Shown here: piece by piece, positions 22,250-34,952 of the stretch | Position numbering within the stretch: position 1 is the stretch's first letter | Layout: each line of letters begins with the position of its first letter | Source: Candidatus Moraniibacteriota bacterium | GTDB taxonomy: Bacteria > Patescibacteriota > Minisyncoccia > Moranbacterales > UBA1568 | DNA: 64,000 nt | Assembly (NCBI GenBank): GCA_037201605.1 | Contig: JBBCGM010000002.1 | Location: forward strand, 208,697 to 272,696 | Direction: 5' to 3' | Program-made: the position numbers and the translations under genes | The notes under the pieces: model-generated | Database searches by the model: none | The model's input: only the letters and a program-made list of their open reading frames with translations | What the model was told of the DNA's origin: nothing

Positions 22250-23293
22250 TTATAGTCCGAGAAGACCGACTTTCTCTCTCACTACCTGCATTTTTTGCGA
22301 AGCAAGCTGTTTGGCTTTTTCGGCGCCGCTCTGGAGAGTCCTGAGTACCTCGTCGTCGGACAAGGCATTGAAACGGCCCTGGAACGGCGTAAGGAAGTGA
22401 ATAATGACATCGGCCAGTCCTTCTTTGAACTCGCCATAGCCCTTACCTGAATAGAGAGCCTCGACTGCTTGAGGCGTTTGGTCGGAAAGGAGACTGTAGA
22501 TATTAATGAGGTTTTTGAGCGCCGGCTTGTCCTCCGCGTAGACGACTTCGGAGCCGCTATCGGTAACGGCTTTCTTGATCTTCTTCTGTACTGTCTCAGC
22601 ATCATCGGTCAGTGCAATAAAGTTGTATTCGCTGGCAGCCGACTTGGACATTTTCTTGGTCGGATCATCGAGACCCATAATACGCGCGCCCTCTTGCTGA
22701 ATCTTAGGCTCCGGCACGACAAAGGTGTCGCCGAAGCGCTTATTGAAACGGCGTGCCAAAGTGCGCGCTAACTCAATGTGTTGTGACTGATCGTCCCCTA
22801 CTGGTACCACCTGGGTATCATAAAGTAGGATATCCGCTGCCATCAGTACAGGATAATCGAAAATTCCAACACTTACATTATCCTTAAATTTTTTCTTTTC
22901 AGACTCTGACATGGCCTGCCGAGTACCATCTTTTTTCTTCCATACATTCTTATTGGTTTTGTCTTTATACTGAGTCATCCGGCCCAGTTCGCCCATCATA
23001 GCAAGCGTATTGAGAATCCAGGCGAGTTCGGTATGCTGGGGGACGTGCGATTGAACAAAAAGTGTACATTTATTTGGATCGATCCCGGCAGCTAGATAGA
23101 TCTTGGCAATCTCAAGCGTTTTAGCTCGGAGAGTAGCGGGCTCTTGGGGAACGGTAATGGCATGCAAGTCAACCACACAGAAAAGTGCCTCGTAATCAGC
23201 CTGAAGTGCAAGCCATTGGTTGATAGCGCCCAAATAATTGCCTATGTGAAGATTACCTGATGGCTTGATTCCAGAAAAAATACCTTTTTTCAT
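22250..23293 (-). CDS. trpS: Tryptophan--tRNA ligase
   Basis: The 347-aa class I synthetase has GIKPSGNLHIGNYLGA (HIGH-type) and KMSKS motifs. It also carries a Lys-rich insertion (KDKTNKNVWKKKDGTRQAMSESEKKKFKDN). Confidence 0.9.
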   Translation of the reverse strand: MKKGIFSGIKPSGNLHIGNYLGAINQWLALQADYEALFCVVDLHAITVPQEPATLRAKTLEIAKIYLAAGIDPNKCTLFVQSHVPQHTELAWILNTLAMMGELGRMTQYKDKTNKNVWKKKDGTRQAMSESEKKKFKDNVSVGIFDYPVLMAADILLYDTQVVPVGDDQSQHIELARTLARRFNKRFGDTFVVPEPKIQQEGARIMGLDDPTKKMSKSAASEYNFIALTDDAETVQKKIKKAVTDSGSEVVYAEDKPALKNLINIYSLLSDQTPQAVEALYSGKGYGEFKEGLADVIIHFLTPFQGRFNALSDDEVLRTLQSGAEKAKQLASQKMQVVREKVGLLGL

Positions 23294-23305
23294 AATATAC
23301 TATCA

Positions 23306-23605
23306 CTACTGAATTTGAAGCAAAATGAGAATTAGTATACAAACCGTGCCGATGAGGGCCCACAAAATGAATCCTGAAATTAAGCTTCTTATAAATGAAG
23401 ATGCTATAAATCTCGGCAAAGAACCAGCTAATGGGTACAGCATTAATCCAGATAAAATACCTCCAATCAAGCCCACTACAGCCCCCAATAAGCCTCCGGT
23501 CTGAGACAAAAAAACAAATACAAAGATGGCTGTAAGAATGTAGCTCCCGATTCCCCATCTTTTAGCATTTTCCATAGATTTAAACGGATGCATTACTAAT
23601 AACAC
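23306..23605 (-). CDS. Small hypothetical membrane protein
   Basis: Three hydrophobic helices are visible (GSYILTAIFVFVFL, LLGAVVGLIGGILSGLMLYPLAG, GFILWALIGTVCILILILL). It lies 12 bp upstream of trpS in visibly AT-richer DNA. The start is uncertain (M1, M5 or M11). Confidence 0.5.
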   Translation of the reverse strand: MLLVMHPFKSMENAKRWGIGSYILTAIFVFVFLSQTGGLLGAVVGLIGGILSGLMLYPLAGSLPRFIASSFIRSLISGFILWALIGTVCILILILLQIQ

Positions 23606-23614
23606 TTATTTTAG

Positions 23615-23649
23615 CATATAAAAAAGAGCCCTGTTCAGGCTCTTTTTTG
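23615..23649. terminator. Terminator after RNase J (bidirectional hairpin)
   Basis: agagcc (23625-30) pairs with ggctct (23638-43), flanked by A5/T6 runs. Confidence 0.6.
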
Positions 23650-23651
23650 CT

Positions 23652-25703
23652 TTAGACTTCCACGACGACCGGCAGGATCATGGGCCGGCGTTCGGTTTTC
23701 TGGAAGAGGTACTGCCCTACCGACTCGCGGATCTGGTTTCTGACCAGGTCCCAGTCGAGAGAGCTGCCCTTAGAGGTATTGTCTTTGACCACTTTCTCCA
23801 CTCGGCGCTTGGTTTCGTTTACCAGTTCAAAGTTCTCTTTGACATGGATGAAACCGCGCGAGGTGATCTGGACGCTGCCCAGCACTTTCTTGGACTTTCC
23901 GTCGATGATGACAGTGACGGCTACCATGCCGTCAGCAGCCAGGATCTGACGATCTCGCAAGACGACGTGTCCGATGTCGCCCACTCCCAATCCGTCGATA
24001 AAGACGTAACTGGAGTCGGCTTTTTCCTTCAAGAGGTGCGGGAAACCTTTGTCCTCTCCAGGTACCTCCAAGACATGGCCGTTGTCCATGACAAAGACAT
24101 TCTTTTCGGGATACCCGAGGCGGAAAGCGATCTTGGCCGCTTCTTTGAGGAAGTAGTGGTTCGCATAGACTGGCAAGACGTAGGTCGCCTTGACCTGACG
24201 CAGGATCTCTTCGATCTCCCAGATCGTGCCGTGTCCGCCCACGTGGATCTCCATCATATCCGAATGGATAACATGATCGCACTTGCGATACAGGTTGTCC
24301 TTGAGACGCTGAATGGTGCGCTCATTGCCCGGAATAACCGAGCTGGAGAAGACGATCGTGTCGTTTTTTTGGAGCTTGATGAAGCGGTGGTTGTCGGTCA
24401 CGATGCGCGAAAGCGCCGCGTTCGACTCACCTTGGGCACCGGTACAGATGACTACGATCTGATTGTCCGGGTGCTTGTGGATGTCGTTTACAGGAATAAG
24501 CGTATCCTTCTTCACCTTGATGTAGCCGAGTTCCCTCGCTACTTCGATGTTCATCTTCATGCTGTAGCCTTCGAGCGCGATTTTCTTGCCCTGGCGTTCG
24601 GCATATTCGATGAGGTAGGCGATGCGGCGCACCTGGGAAGCGAATGTCCCGATGATAATACGGCCCGGTGCTTCGCGGATCAGATTCTGGAGATTGGTGT
24701 GCACTTCCGTTTCGGAAGGCGGCATGCCCTTTTTGAGCGCCCCGAGCGATTCGAGCATAAGGAAGGTCGGCTTCGGAAGCGAATCGAGGTGATTGTAGGC
24801 AATGTCATTCGAGCTCGGGTCGATAGGCTCGTTCGAAATCATCCAGTCTCCCAGATGGATAATCGAGCCGTTCGGAGTCACGAGCGCGATGCCCATGGCG
24901 TCCATAATGGAGTGTTCGACTTCGAAGAAACGGACTTCGAAAACGCCGAGCTTGATGCGGTCTTCGAGCGATTTTACGCGCACCGTCTTAAGACGCGCTG
25001 CCGCTCCCTTTTCCTGGTCGTCTACCTTGTGCTTGATGAGCGCCAGGGTAAAGTCACGGCCGATAATAGTCGGGTAGTTCAGCTGCTTGAGGAGGATCGG
25101 CGCGGCCCCGATATGGTCGAGGTGACCATGGGTAAAGATAACGCCGCGGATATTCTTCTCTTTGCCCTTCAGGTATGAGACATTGGGCACGATATAGTCG
25201 ATGCCGGGCATGTCTTCTTCAGGGAACTGGACGCCCATGTCGATGATGACGATGTCGTTTCCATATTCAAAGACGGTCATGTTGCGGCCGACTTCTTCCT
25301 GTCCGCCTAAGGGGATGATGCGCAGGGTTTCTGCGGGAATAGCCGGTACTGCCTGCATGCTCTTCTTGGGTTCAAGATGCGCTCGCACATTCTGAAAACG
25401 GCGATTGTCGCGCAGACGCGGCTTGCGAGCCTTCTTGCGCAGGACTGAACCCTGTTCGGCAGCCGGTTTGGCTTCCCTCGGGGTTCCGCCCTTAATACCG
25501 TCTAGGCTTTTCGCCGGTTTCTCACGGCGACCCTGATTATTGTGACGCGGCCGTTCGGCGCGCGTATTCTGTTCACGGGCTACGATACCTTCAAAGGCAC
25601 CGATAGCCGGTCTACTTGCTTCCGGTTTGAAAGCAGGTTTAGCGGCCGGTTTGGCCGGCCGAGTATGTTTTTCCATACGATAACTGATAACGCCTCCAGG
25701 CAT
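23652..25703 (-). CDS. rnj: Ribonuclease J (metallo-beta-lactamase/beta-CASP) with a basic low-complexity N-terminal extension
   Basis: FTHGHLDHIGAAP (HxHxDH) and beta-CASP motifs are present, and the C-terminal domain is conserved. The first ~120 aa are K/P/A/R-rich (PAKPAAKPAFKPEASRPA...). The true start may be the internal MEKHTRPAK. Confidence 0.9.
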   Translation of the reverse strand: MPGGVISYRMEKHTRPAKPAAKPAFKPEASRPAIGAFEGIVAREQNTRAERPRHNNQGRREKPAKSLDGIKGGTPREAKPAAEQGSVLRKKARKPRLRDNRRFQNVRAHLEPKKSMQAVPAIPAETLRIIPLGGQEEVGRNMTVFEYGNDIVIIDMGVQFPEEDMPGIDYIVPNVSYLKGKEKNIRGVIFTHGHLDHIGAAPILLKQLNYPTIIGRDFTLALIKHKVDDQEKGAAARLKTVRVKSLEDRIKLGVFEVRFFEVEHSIMDAMGIALVTPNGSIIHLGDWMISNEPIDPSSNDIAYNHLDSLPKPTFLMLESLGALKKGMPPSETEVHTNLQNLIREAPGRIIIGTFASQVRRIAYLIEYAERQGKKIALEGYSMKMNIEVARELGYIKVKKDTLIPVNDIHKHPDNQIVVICTGAQGESNAALSRIVTDNHRFIKLQKNDTIVFSSSVIPGNERTIQRLKDNLYRKCDHVIHSDMMEIHVGGHGTIWEIEEILRQVKATYVLPVYANHYFLKEAAKIAFRLGYPEKNVFVMDNGHVLEVPGEDKGFPHLLKEKADSSYVFIDGLGVGDIGHVVLRDRQILAADGMVAVTVIIDGKSKKVLGSVQITSRGFIHVKENFELVNETKRRVEKVVKDNTSKGSSLDWDLVRNQIRESVGQYLFQKTERRPMILPVVVEV

Positions 25704-25778
25704 CCGAAAACGGAAACCCGAGGCAAAAATAAAAATTTAGCGAAAGGCCAGCGGTAAGTCGCAAATGCCTATACGTTG

Positions 25779-25862
25779 TGCCGAGAAGAGGACTCGAACC
25801 TCCATGCCCTTGCGAGCGCTAGCACCTGAAGCTAGTGTGTCTACCAATTCCACCATCTCGGC
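25779..25862 (-). tRNA. tRNA-Leu (anticodon CAG)
   Basis: The reverse complement is GCCGAGATGGTGGAATTGGTAGACACACTAGCTTCAGGTGCTAGCGCTCGCAAGGGCATGGAGGTTCGAGTCCTCTTCTCGGCA. The acceptor stem is GCCGAGA/TCTCGGC, the anticodon loop is TTCAGGT, and there is a long variable arm and a GTTCGAGTC T-loop. CCA is not encoded. Confidence 0.93.
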
Positions 25863-25871
25863 GACGATGTT

Positions 25872-26903
25872 TTATGCTTTCAATTTTCCCTTCAAAGCCT
25901 CCACCATATCGACTGGTGTGGGATCCTGGCCGTAAGCCAGGGCTAAGTAATAGGAAGCGAAGTCCAGGAGACCCAGACTCATTAACACCTTATTATACAC
26001 GCTCTCCCCTTCCATGTCAAGCACCTCGCCTGTCAGTCCCTTTTCCTGAAGCAGTTCGAGCGTCAATTCGTAGCGCTTGCGGTTGCGGGGATGATCGGCA
26101 GGATCACGCAGCATGAGGACGAAAAACGGGCCCTGCGGGAGGCTGAAACCGACCATTTCATTGTGATTGAGCTCCGGGAAGACATTATAGAAAGCCGGAG
26201 TCTTGGCGTTCTCATTGATCTTGATCTTGCCGATCATGGCAACGGAACGGAATTTCTCGGAAGCATAGAGGATGGGAGTACTTCCCTTCATTTTCTCGGC
26301 CAGGAGCTTTCCCGCTTCTTCCAGGCGCGGGAGAGCTTCTTTGAGCTCCTCGGCAGCCGCGACTACCTGCGAACGCACGTCGGGAATAAGCCCGGCGCGT
26401 CCGAGGATACCGAGAAGTACTCCCAAGAAATAGCCGGTGCCCATGCGCGGTTGGAAATGCTCGTCCGGCATCGGGAGCGTGATGTGCGCGATGCCGTTTG
26501 CCTCAGACAGTTCTTTCAATGTTCCGCCAGCCGAAAGGGCGAGAGCCGGAAGCTTGCGTTCAATAACCACTTCTTGAAAGGTTTCCAGCGTCTCTTCGGT
26601 ATTGCCGGAATACGAAGACAGAACATGAAGCGTCCCGGGTACGAGCGCGCCGGCCTGGATAGCGTACCCGCGATTCTGATACACCGGCACGACACTCTCG
26701 CCTGAAGCCTCGGCAATGTCGAAGAGAAACGTGCGCAGAACATCTGCCGGAAGCGCCGATCCCCCCATACCGGAAATGGTGAGCGAGGTAAAGCCCTCGG
26801 GGAGCGAGACGCTTTCCGCCAGGTCAAAACCCGCCGCCAGCTGATCAGGCGTACCGAGAATCACTTCACGAAAATGGCTTTTGTCGAGAGTTATTTCTTC
26901 CAC
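25872..26903 (-). CDS. Bifunctional phosphoglucose/phosphomannose isomerase (SIS-domain PGI/PMI family)
   Basis: The 343-aa protein has SIS motifs ISGMGGSALPADV and LSSYSGNTEETL, and a C-terminal HNEMVGF segment typical of the archaeal-type PGI/PMI family. Confidence 0.8.
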   Translation of the reverse strand: MEEITLDKSHFREVILGTPDQLAAGFDLAESVSLPEGFTSLTISGMGGSALPADVLRTFLFDIAEASGESVVPVYQNRGYAIQAGALVPGTLHVLSSYSGNTEETLETFQEVVIERKLPALALSAGGTLKELSEANGIAHITLPMPDEHFQPRMGTGYFLGVLLGILGRAGLIPDVRSQVVAAAEELKEALPRLEEAGKLLAEKMKGSTPILYASEKFRSVAMIGKIKINENAKTPAFYNVFPELNHNEMVGFSLPQGPFFVLMLRDPADHPRNRKRYELTLELLQEKGLTGEVLDMEGESVYNKVLMSLGLLDFASYYLALAYGQDPTPVDMVEALKGKLKA

Positions 26904-28456
26904 ACTCTATCGGTATAAATATACCACTTGTTGGCATTGGTAAAGCGGTTCTCAGGATTGTCGAGACGGGTCACGCCGACTCCCTTGATCTGGTCGCTTG
27001 CCACGAACAGATACTTGGGACTGTAGAGAAAGACGGTCGGATTCTCCTCGATAAGGATTTCCTGGAACTGCCGGTACAGATCGCGGCGCTTGTTTTCATC
27101 TCGTTCCTCGCGCAAACTCTCAAGCACCCCATCCGCATCACCTGACTCGAAAAGAGAGAGATTGAGGCCAGGATCCTCGCGCTGGCTGGAGTGCCAGAAC
27201 GAATAGGGATCGCTCTCGAGCATCGAAGCTTGGCCGTAGAGGAGCGCCTGGTAGTCGCGGGTGCGCAAGACGTTCTTCTGCAAATCAAGCGGCTCGAGCA
27301 CATTGATGCTGACGCGGGCGCCAAGCGCTTCCCACTGGCCTTTTACGATATCGGCGCTCCTGACCAGTTCCGGCCAATTGGGCACGTCAATGGCAAATTC
27401 CAAGGGCGTATCGCGGTCCTTTTGGCGGATCCCGTCATCCTCCTTTTTCCAACCGGCATCATCGAGAATCTTGTTGGCGCGCGCTTGGTCAAATCCGGGA
27501 AAGGGCAGGTCCGAAGCAAAACCCGCCATAAACGGCATGAAGGCAGTCTGTGCCGGCGCGGCCTTGCCTGCCAGGGCCTCGCGCACCACGGCATCACGGT
27601 CGGTCGCAAAGGCGAGAGCCTGACGTACCTCTGCGTACGCGAGCGCCTTGGACTTGGTGCGGTTGAGGAACACCTCGAAAATACGCGGCATATCGATCTC
27701 ATAGAGACGCGAACTCTTGCGTTCCATAACGGCTTCTATTTGGCCGGGGTGAATGCTGTTGAGTGCCAAGACTTCCTTGCGCCGATAGGCCTCGAGCAGC
27801 GACTCGTCATCCGGATAGAAACGGAAGACAAAGGTCGAGATATAGGGAGCGCCCTCGAAATATTCCTTGTTGGCTTTGAGATCGATCGAGAGGATATTGC
27901 CGCTCGAATCCTTAGTCGCATCATCATAGATGTACGGACCGCTGCCGATAGGAGCGAGGTTATAGTCGGTCAGTAAAAAGCGGTCGGCAGGGATGCTCTG
28001 CCAGATGTGCTTGGGCAGAATGCCTACGGAGAGATTCTGTAAAAAGCCGGCGTAGGCGCGCTTGAGGGTAAACTGCACGGTATAGCGATCAATCACCGCG
28101 GTTTCTACGGAGAGCCAGTTCGGCCGGAGCGGACTCTTATAGCCAGGGTCCTGAATGGTTTGGACGGTATAGAGCACGTCATCGGCCGTGAGTTCCTCGC
28201 CATCGTGCCAGCTGACGCCCTGCCGGAGCGTCACCGTATAGACTTTTCCGTCCTCTGAAACTTCGTACTTCTCAGCCACGCGAGGGACGAGCTTGCCCTG
28301 CTCGTCAGGGGCGAACAAACCGCTATAAATAAGCTGCACGAGATCCGCATCGGCTTCGCTGGTCTGGGACAGAAGCGGGTTGAGGTAGCGAGGCTGGGCG
28401 ACGATGCCTTCACTGTACTCGCCGCCGTAGTCAGGCGTGGGGGTGGTAGAAGCCAC
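26891..28456 (-). CDS. ABC transporter substrate-binding protein, family 5 (peptide/nickel type); the true 5' end is probably further upstream
   Basis: The 521-aa protein has the family-5 layout (LNPLL..., WHDGEELTADDVLYT, GSGPY, ...). The track start is a GTG. The same frame stays open to 28628 and encodes a basic stretch plus a TM anchor (see findings). Confidence 0.8.
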   Translation of the reverse strand: MASTTPTPDYGGEYSEGIVAQPRYLNPLLSQTSEADADLVQLIYSGLFAPDEQGKLVPRVAEKYEVSEDGKVYTVTLRQGVSWHDGEELTADDVLYTVQTIQDPGYKSPLRPNWLSVETAVIDRYTVQFTLKRAYAGFLQNLSVGILPKHIWQSIPADRFLLTDYNLAPIGSGPYIYDDATKDSSGNILSIDLKANKEYFEGAPYISTFVFRFYPDDESLLEAYRRKEVLALNSIHPGQIEAVMERKSSRLYEIDMPRIFEVFLNRTKSKALAYAEVRQALAFATDRDAVVREALAGKAAPAQTAFMPFMAGFASDLPFPGFDQARANKILDDAGWKKEDDGIRQKDRDTPLEFAIDVPNWPELVRSADIVKGQWEALGARVSINVLEPLDLQKNVLRTRDYQALLYGQASMLESDPYSFWHSSQREDPGLNLSLFESGDADGVLESLREERDENKRRDLYRQFQEILIEENPTVFLYSPKYLFVASDQIKGVGVTRLDNPENRFTNANKWYIYTDRVWKK

Positions 28457-28641
28457 ATACAGAGCGGAAACCCAGAAGAGAAGCGCCCCAAAAGCAAGTG
28501 CAAAAAGGATGGAACTTACTAAGCGGTCACGGTAGGAAAGAGCGCGAAAGACCCTGAGGAAACGCCGCGAGGGACGCTTGCCGGATTGCGAGAAAGATTT
28601 CGGAAACGAAAATTTGATACGCTTGGATTACGGTTTAGCCT

Positions 28642-28878
28642 CTAAGCCGCTACGATAGAAAGCCGCACATTGACGATAGCGAGAATAAAAAAGAGCGCAG
28701 CCAACACGACGGTGGCCCACACGAGAAAGCGCTCAATGCCGCGCTTGGTATAGTAACCGCCGAAGTCGCCGCCGAAAGTGGCGCCCAGTCCTGAGCCACG
28801 ATTCTGAAGGAGAATAGAGACCGCAAGCAGCACGGCAACCACCGCCTGGGCCATCAGGGTAAATTGCATATTAAACAA
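28642..28878 (-). CDS. secG: Preprotein translocase subunit SecG
   Basis: The 78-aa protein has two TM helices flanking the conserved LLQNRGSGLGATFGG loop. Confidence 0.85.
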   Translation of the reverse strand: MFNMQFTLMAQAVVAVLLAVSILLQNRGSGLGATFGGDFGGYYTKRGIERFLVWATVVLAALFFILAIVNVRLSIVAA

Positions 28879-28949
28879 TCAAAAAAGGCTTTTTCAAGCC
28901 CTCGTATACTAGCAAAATCGGTGCACTGCGTCAAAGCGCTTACTTTTCA

Positions 28950-30991
28950 TTATAGCACATTTTTTACTTTTTGCAATAGAGTAATTTTGGCTCTACAAAG
29001 CGCTTTGTTCGAGAGTAAAGACGCTTCCGAAGGGACGTTGCGGTGCTGGTAAATGCTCTCCAGCATACCGAAAGCGAGGAACAACGAGAGGAGAGAACTC
29101 CCCCCGTATGAGAGAAGCGGCGCCGGAATACCCGTCACCGGGAGCAGCCCCAGATTCATGCCGATATTGATAGCGATTTGGGTAAAGAGCATGATAGTCA
29201 CTCCTACGGCAAAAAGGTAGCCGAAATTATCGCTCGCTTCCGCACCGATGCGCCGGAGACGGTAAAGAGTACTCCGTAGGCCGCCAGAATAAGGGAGGCC
29301 CCGAGGAGTCCCATCTCTTCGCTCGCGGCCGCAAAGATGAAGTCCGTATGCTTTTCAGGAAGGAAGTTGAGCTGCGACTGCGTCCCCTGCCCGATGCCCT
29401 TGCCGGTTACACCTCCGCTCCCGACGGCAACGATAGACTGAATGACGTTATAGCCTGACCCGCGTGGGTCAGACTGGGGATGGAGAAACGTATTGATACG
29501 ATCCTTTTGGTATTGGCCGAGGAAAAACCAGCTGGACGCGCACAGGAGAGTGCCGAGGAGCGCTAACACGAGGAACTGGCGCAAGCGGATGCCAGAAGCC
29601 AGAATCATGCCGCCCCAGATAGCCATAAGTACCAAACTAGAACCGAGGTCCGGCTGGCGCAGCACGAGAAAGATGAGCACTGCTGAAAGGAGAAGCGAGG
29701 CGATAATACGCGTCCACTCTCCCAGTTCGGATTTCTTCTGTGAAATGAAACTGGCGAGAAAAATAATAAGCGAAAGTTTGGCGAGCTCAACCGGCTGGAT
29801 CTGAAAAATACCAAGGGAGAGCCAGCCCGCCGTACCGCGTACCGTCGCCCCGAAAAAAAGAACTGCGAGAAGTACAAGGATGGTCAGAAAATAGATGCCG
29901 GTGCTATAGCGGGCAATGTGCCGGTAATCAAGACGAGCCGCCAGAAAAAAAATGGTGAATCCTAAGCCGAGGAAAATAGCTTGGCGCAGAAAGTAATTGC
30001 TGCCGCCCCCGGAAGAAAGCCCGAACAGGATAAGCAGGCTCGTGAGGGCGAGAAAGAGAATAGCGATGAGGAGCGCCCAATCGAGCTTGAAGAAGAAACG
30101 CATGGCTAGTAGGGAGTACCGGGAGCGATTTCTTGGAAGCGTCCCCCCAGGCAAGTACTGTTTCACAAAATTATCCGAATGATAGGCATCGGCATCGATC
30201 GTCATGTCGACCGCCGTGACCGCCCCCGGAAACGCTTCCGGCCAGACTAAGCGGAAATCGCGCTGCTCGCCTGATGCTACCGTATTCATCTGCGTGCTGT
30301 TGGCTGCAAGCGGTTTTCCATTCGTGTCGCGGAGCACCACCACGACCGTTAGCACTCGGAAATCGTAGGGGCTTTCGTTTGAGACCAGGCCGACCGCTTC
30401 ACTGAAGCCGGGACCCGAGCCGGGACCAAGCTCCGTATAGCGGCGATTGTAGATATTGAGATTGGGGCGAGACTGATAGCCGGAGAACTGTTCCCATTCA
30501 GGATTCCCTACACGAAGCGTTCCCGAAAGTCCGCTCGCTTGAGGAGTCATCAAGCCGATGGCAAGAAGCGTTTTGCGCTCCTGCGGCAGGATGGTGTTCG
30601 TCCCCGTCTGGGTCGCCACGACTTGGCCGCTCGCGTCTTTGATTTCAAAAGTATATGAGAAACGCGAAGCGCCGCTCGTATCGTTGGGGTTGTAGATTAC
30701 TCCGAGAGCGTCGGTCTTGCCGGTGCCGCCCGGCATAAGCGCTACCTCTGTAATTTGAAGATCCTGGATGGCGATCGGAGCCATACACGCATTACTGCAT
30801 ACGCCGCCGCAATCCACCCCGGTCTCCCGACCATTCTGCTTGCCGTCCATACAGGTGGGAGCGGTGTGCAGGAACGACCAATAGACGCCAAATCCAAGAG
30901 CGCCGAGGATAGCAATAAGGAGAAAAACGATAAACGCCCTTTTGAGCGAACGGTGGCCTTGAAACATAGATATGTTCCTAGTATACACCAC
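28950..30991 (-). CDS. FtsW/RodA (SEDS) peptidoglycan polymerase with an apparent ~295-aa N-terminal TM + extracellular domain; frameshifted near the 3' end
   Basis: The SEDS core runs from MRFFFKLDWALLIAILF (ATG 30103). ORF 29204..30991 ends in nonsense after ...AAYGVLF. Adding one A to AAA at 29264-29266 (+ strand) reads YRLRRIGAEASDNFGYLFAVGVTIMLFTQIAINIGMNLGLLPVTGIPAPLLSYGGSS, which is ORF 28950..29201. The N-terminal part has a TM helix and a CMDGKQNGRETGVDCGGVCSNAC motif. The fusion may be an artefact (see findings). Confidence 0.85.
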
Positions 30992-31002
30992 TCCGGGCCG
31001 CC

Positions 31003-31035
31003 AAAAAACGCCCTTACGAGGGCGTTTTTCTTCTT
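31003..31035. terminator. Terminator downstream of 5S rRNA (bidirectional hairpin)
   Basis: aacgccc (31007-13) pairs with gggcgtt (31020-26). An A6 run precedes it and a T-rich run follows. Confidence 0.75.
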
Positions 31036-31059
31036 TTTCATTTCTATTGAAAACAGGGT

Positions 31060-31167
31060 ACCCGGCACTGACCTACTCTTGCCGTGAGGCTACCATCGGC
31101 GCTGCTAGGCTTAACTGCCGAGTTCGGAATGGGATCGGGTGTTTCCCTAACGCTAGAAGCACCGGAT
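31060..31167 (-). rRNA. rrf: 5S ribosomal RNA
   Basis: The reverse complement reads TCCGGTGCTTCTAGCGTTAGGGAAACACCCGATCCCATTCCGAACTCGGCAGTTAAGCCTAGCAGCGCCGATGGTAGCCTCACGGCAAGAGTAGGTCAGTGCCGGG. It contains the universal CCGAACTC, GCGCCGATGGTAG and AGAGTAGG blocks. Helix I closes CCGGTGC with GTGCCGG. Confidence 0.93.
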
Positions 31168-31242
31168 ACTCTGCCTTCAATACTTGTGTCTTTTGGAATA
31201 GTCGCATGGAACAAACATTCTTCACTGCTAACCGCAGGGAAA

Positions 31243-34487
<3,245 letters not shown>

Positions 34488-34851
34488 TTTCAGTTGTCCG
34501 CAAACACTCCAGAGAATCCAGCCTTCACTCTTGCGAGCTTTGGAAGAATAAACGAAGTACTTACGGACAATCGGTTAACAGTGAAGAACATTCATTCTCC
34601 ACCGTTGTTTGTTGTCATTGCTTGACCTAACTAACATTTGACTATTCCGAGCATAACCGATTCGCTTTCCGCTGGCGTGCGAAGAGCGGCGTACCCAGAA
34701 AGACACAAATTGTTAAGGCGCACATTACGCGGAAACAAAAATCTCCCATCGGGAGAGATTCTTATCTCCTCACAATAATTCAGAATCTTCAGATTTTGGA
34801 CGCAATATTCATCAGATGAATACTCCAAAAAAGGTTTTCACTTGCCTGTGC

Positions 34852-34880
34852 ATAGTACGCAAGTCCGCGAAGTCTGTCAA
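34852..34880 (-). promoter_or_regulatory. Sigma70 consensus-like promoter of the 23S-5S unit
   Basis: Minus strand: TTGACA (34880-34875), a 17-nt spacer, then TACTAT (34857-34852). It lies about 360 nt upstream of the mature 23S 5' end and directly downstream of the terminator of the preceding gene. Confidence 0.6.
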
Positions 34881-34908
34881 CCCCTGGCTTCTTTCGGGAA
34901 AAGGGTAT

Positions 34909-34938
34909 GAAAAAAGAGGCCATTTGGCCTCTTTTTTG
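34909..34938. terminator. Rho-independent terminator ending the giant surface-protein cluster
   Basis: agaggcc (34915-21) pairs with ggcctct (34926-32) around loop attt, flanked by A6 and T6. It lies 15 nt after the stop of the Wzy_C/TPR gene. Confidence 0.8.
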
Positions 34939-34952
34939 CCTTTGGAAAAGCG

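Noticed and set aside
23844-25178. 444-aa ORF on the + strand
   Set aside because: It is antisense to RNase J and has an Asp/Arg/Val-rich shadow composition. No start context or motif was found.
34738-34762. Terminator-like hairpin (UCUCCC-GAU-GGGAGA followed by U5) inside the 23S leader, between the promoter and the rRNA
   Set aside because: The stem is only 6 bp and sits in a transcribed leader that must be read through. It could be an antitermination or processing element, but I cannot support a call from sequence alone.
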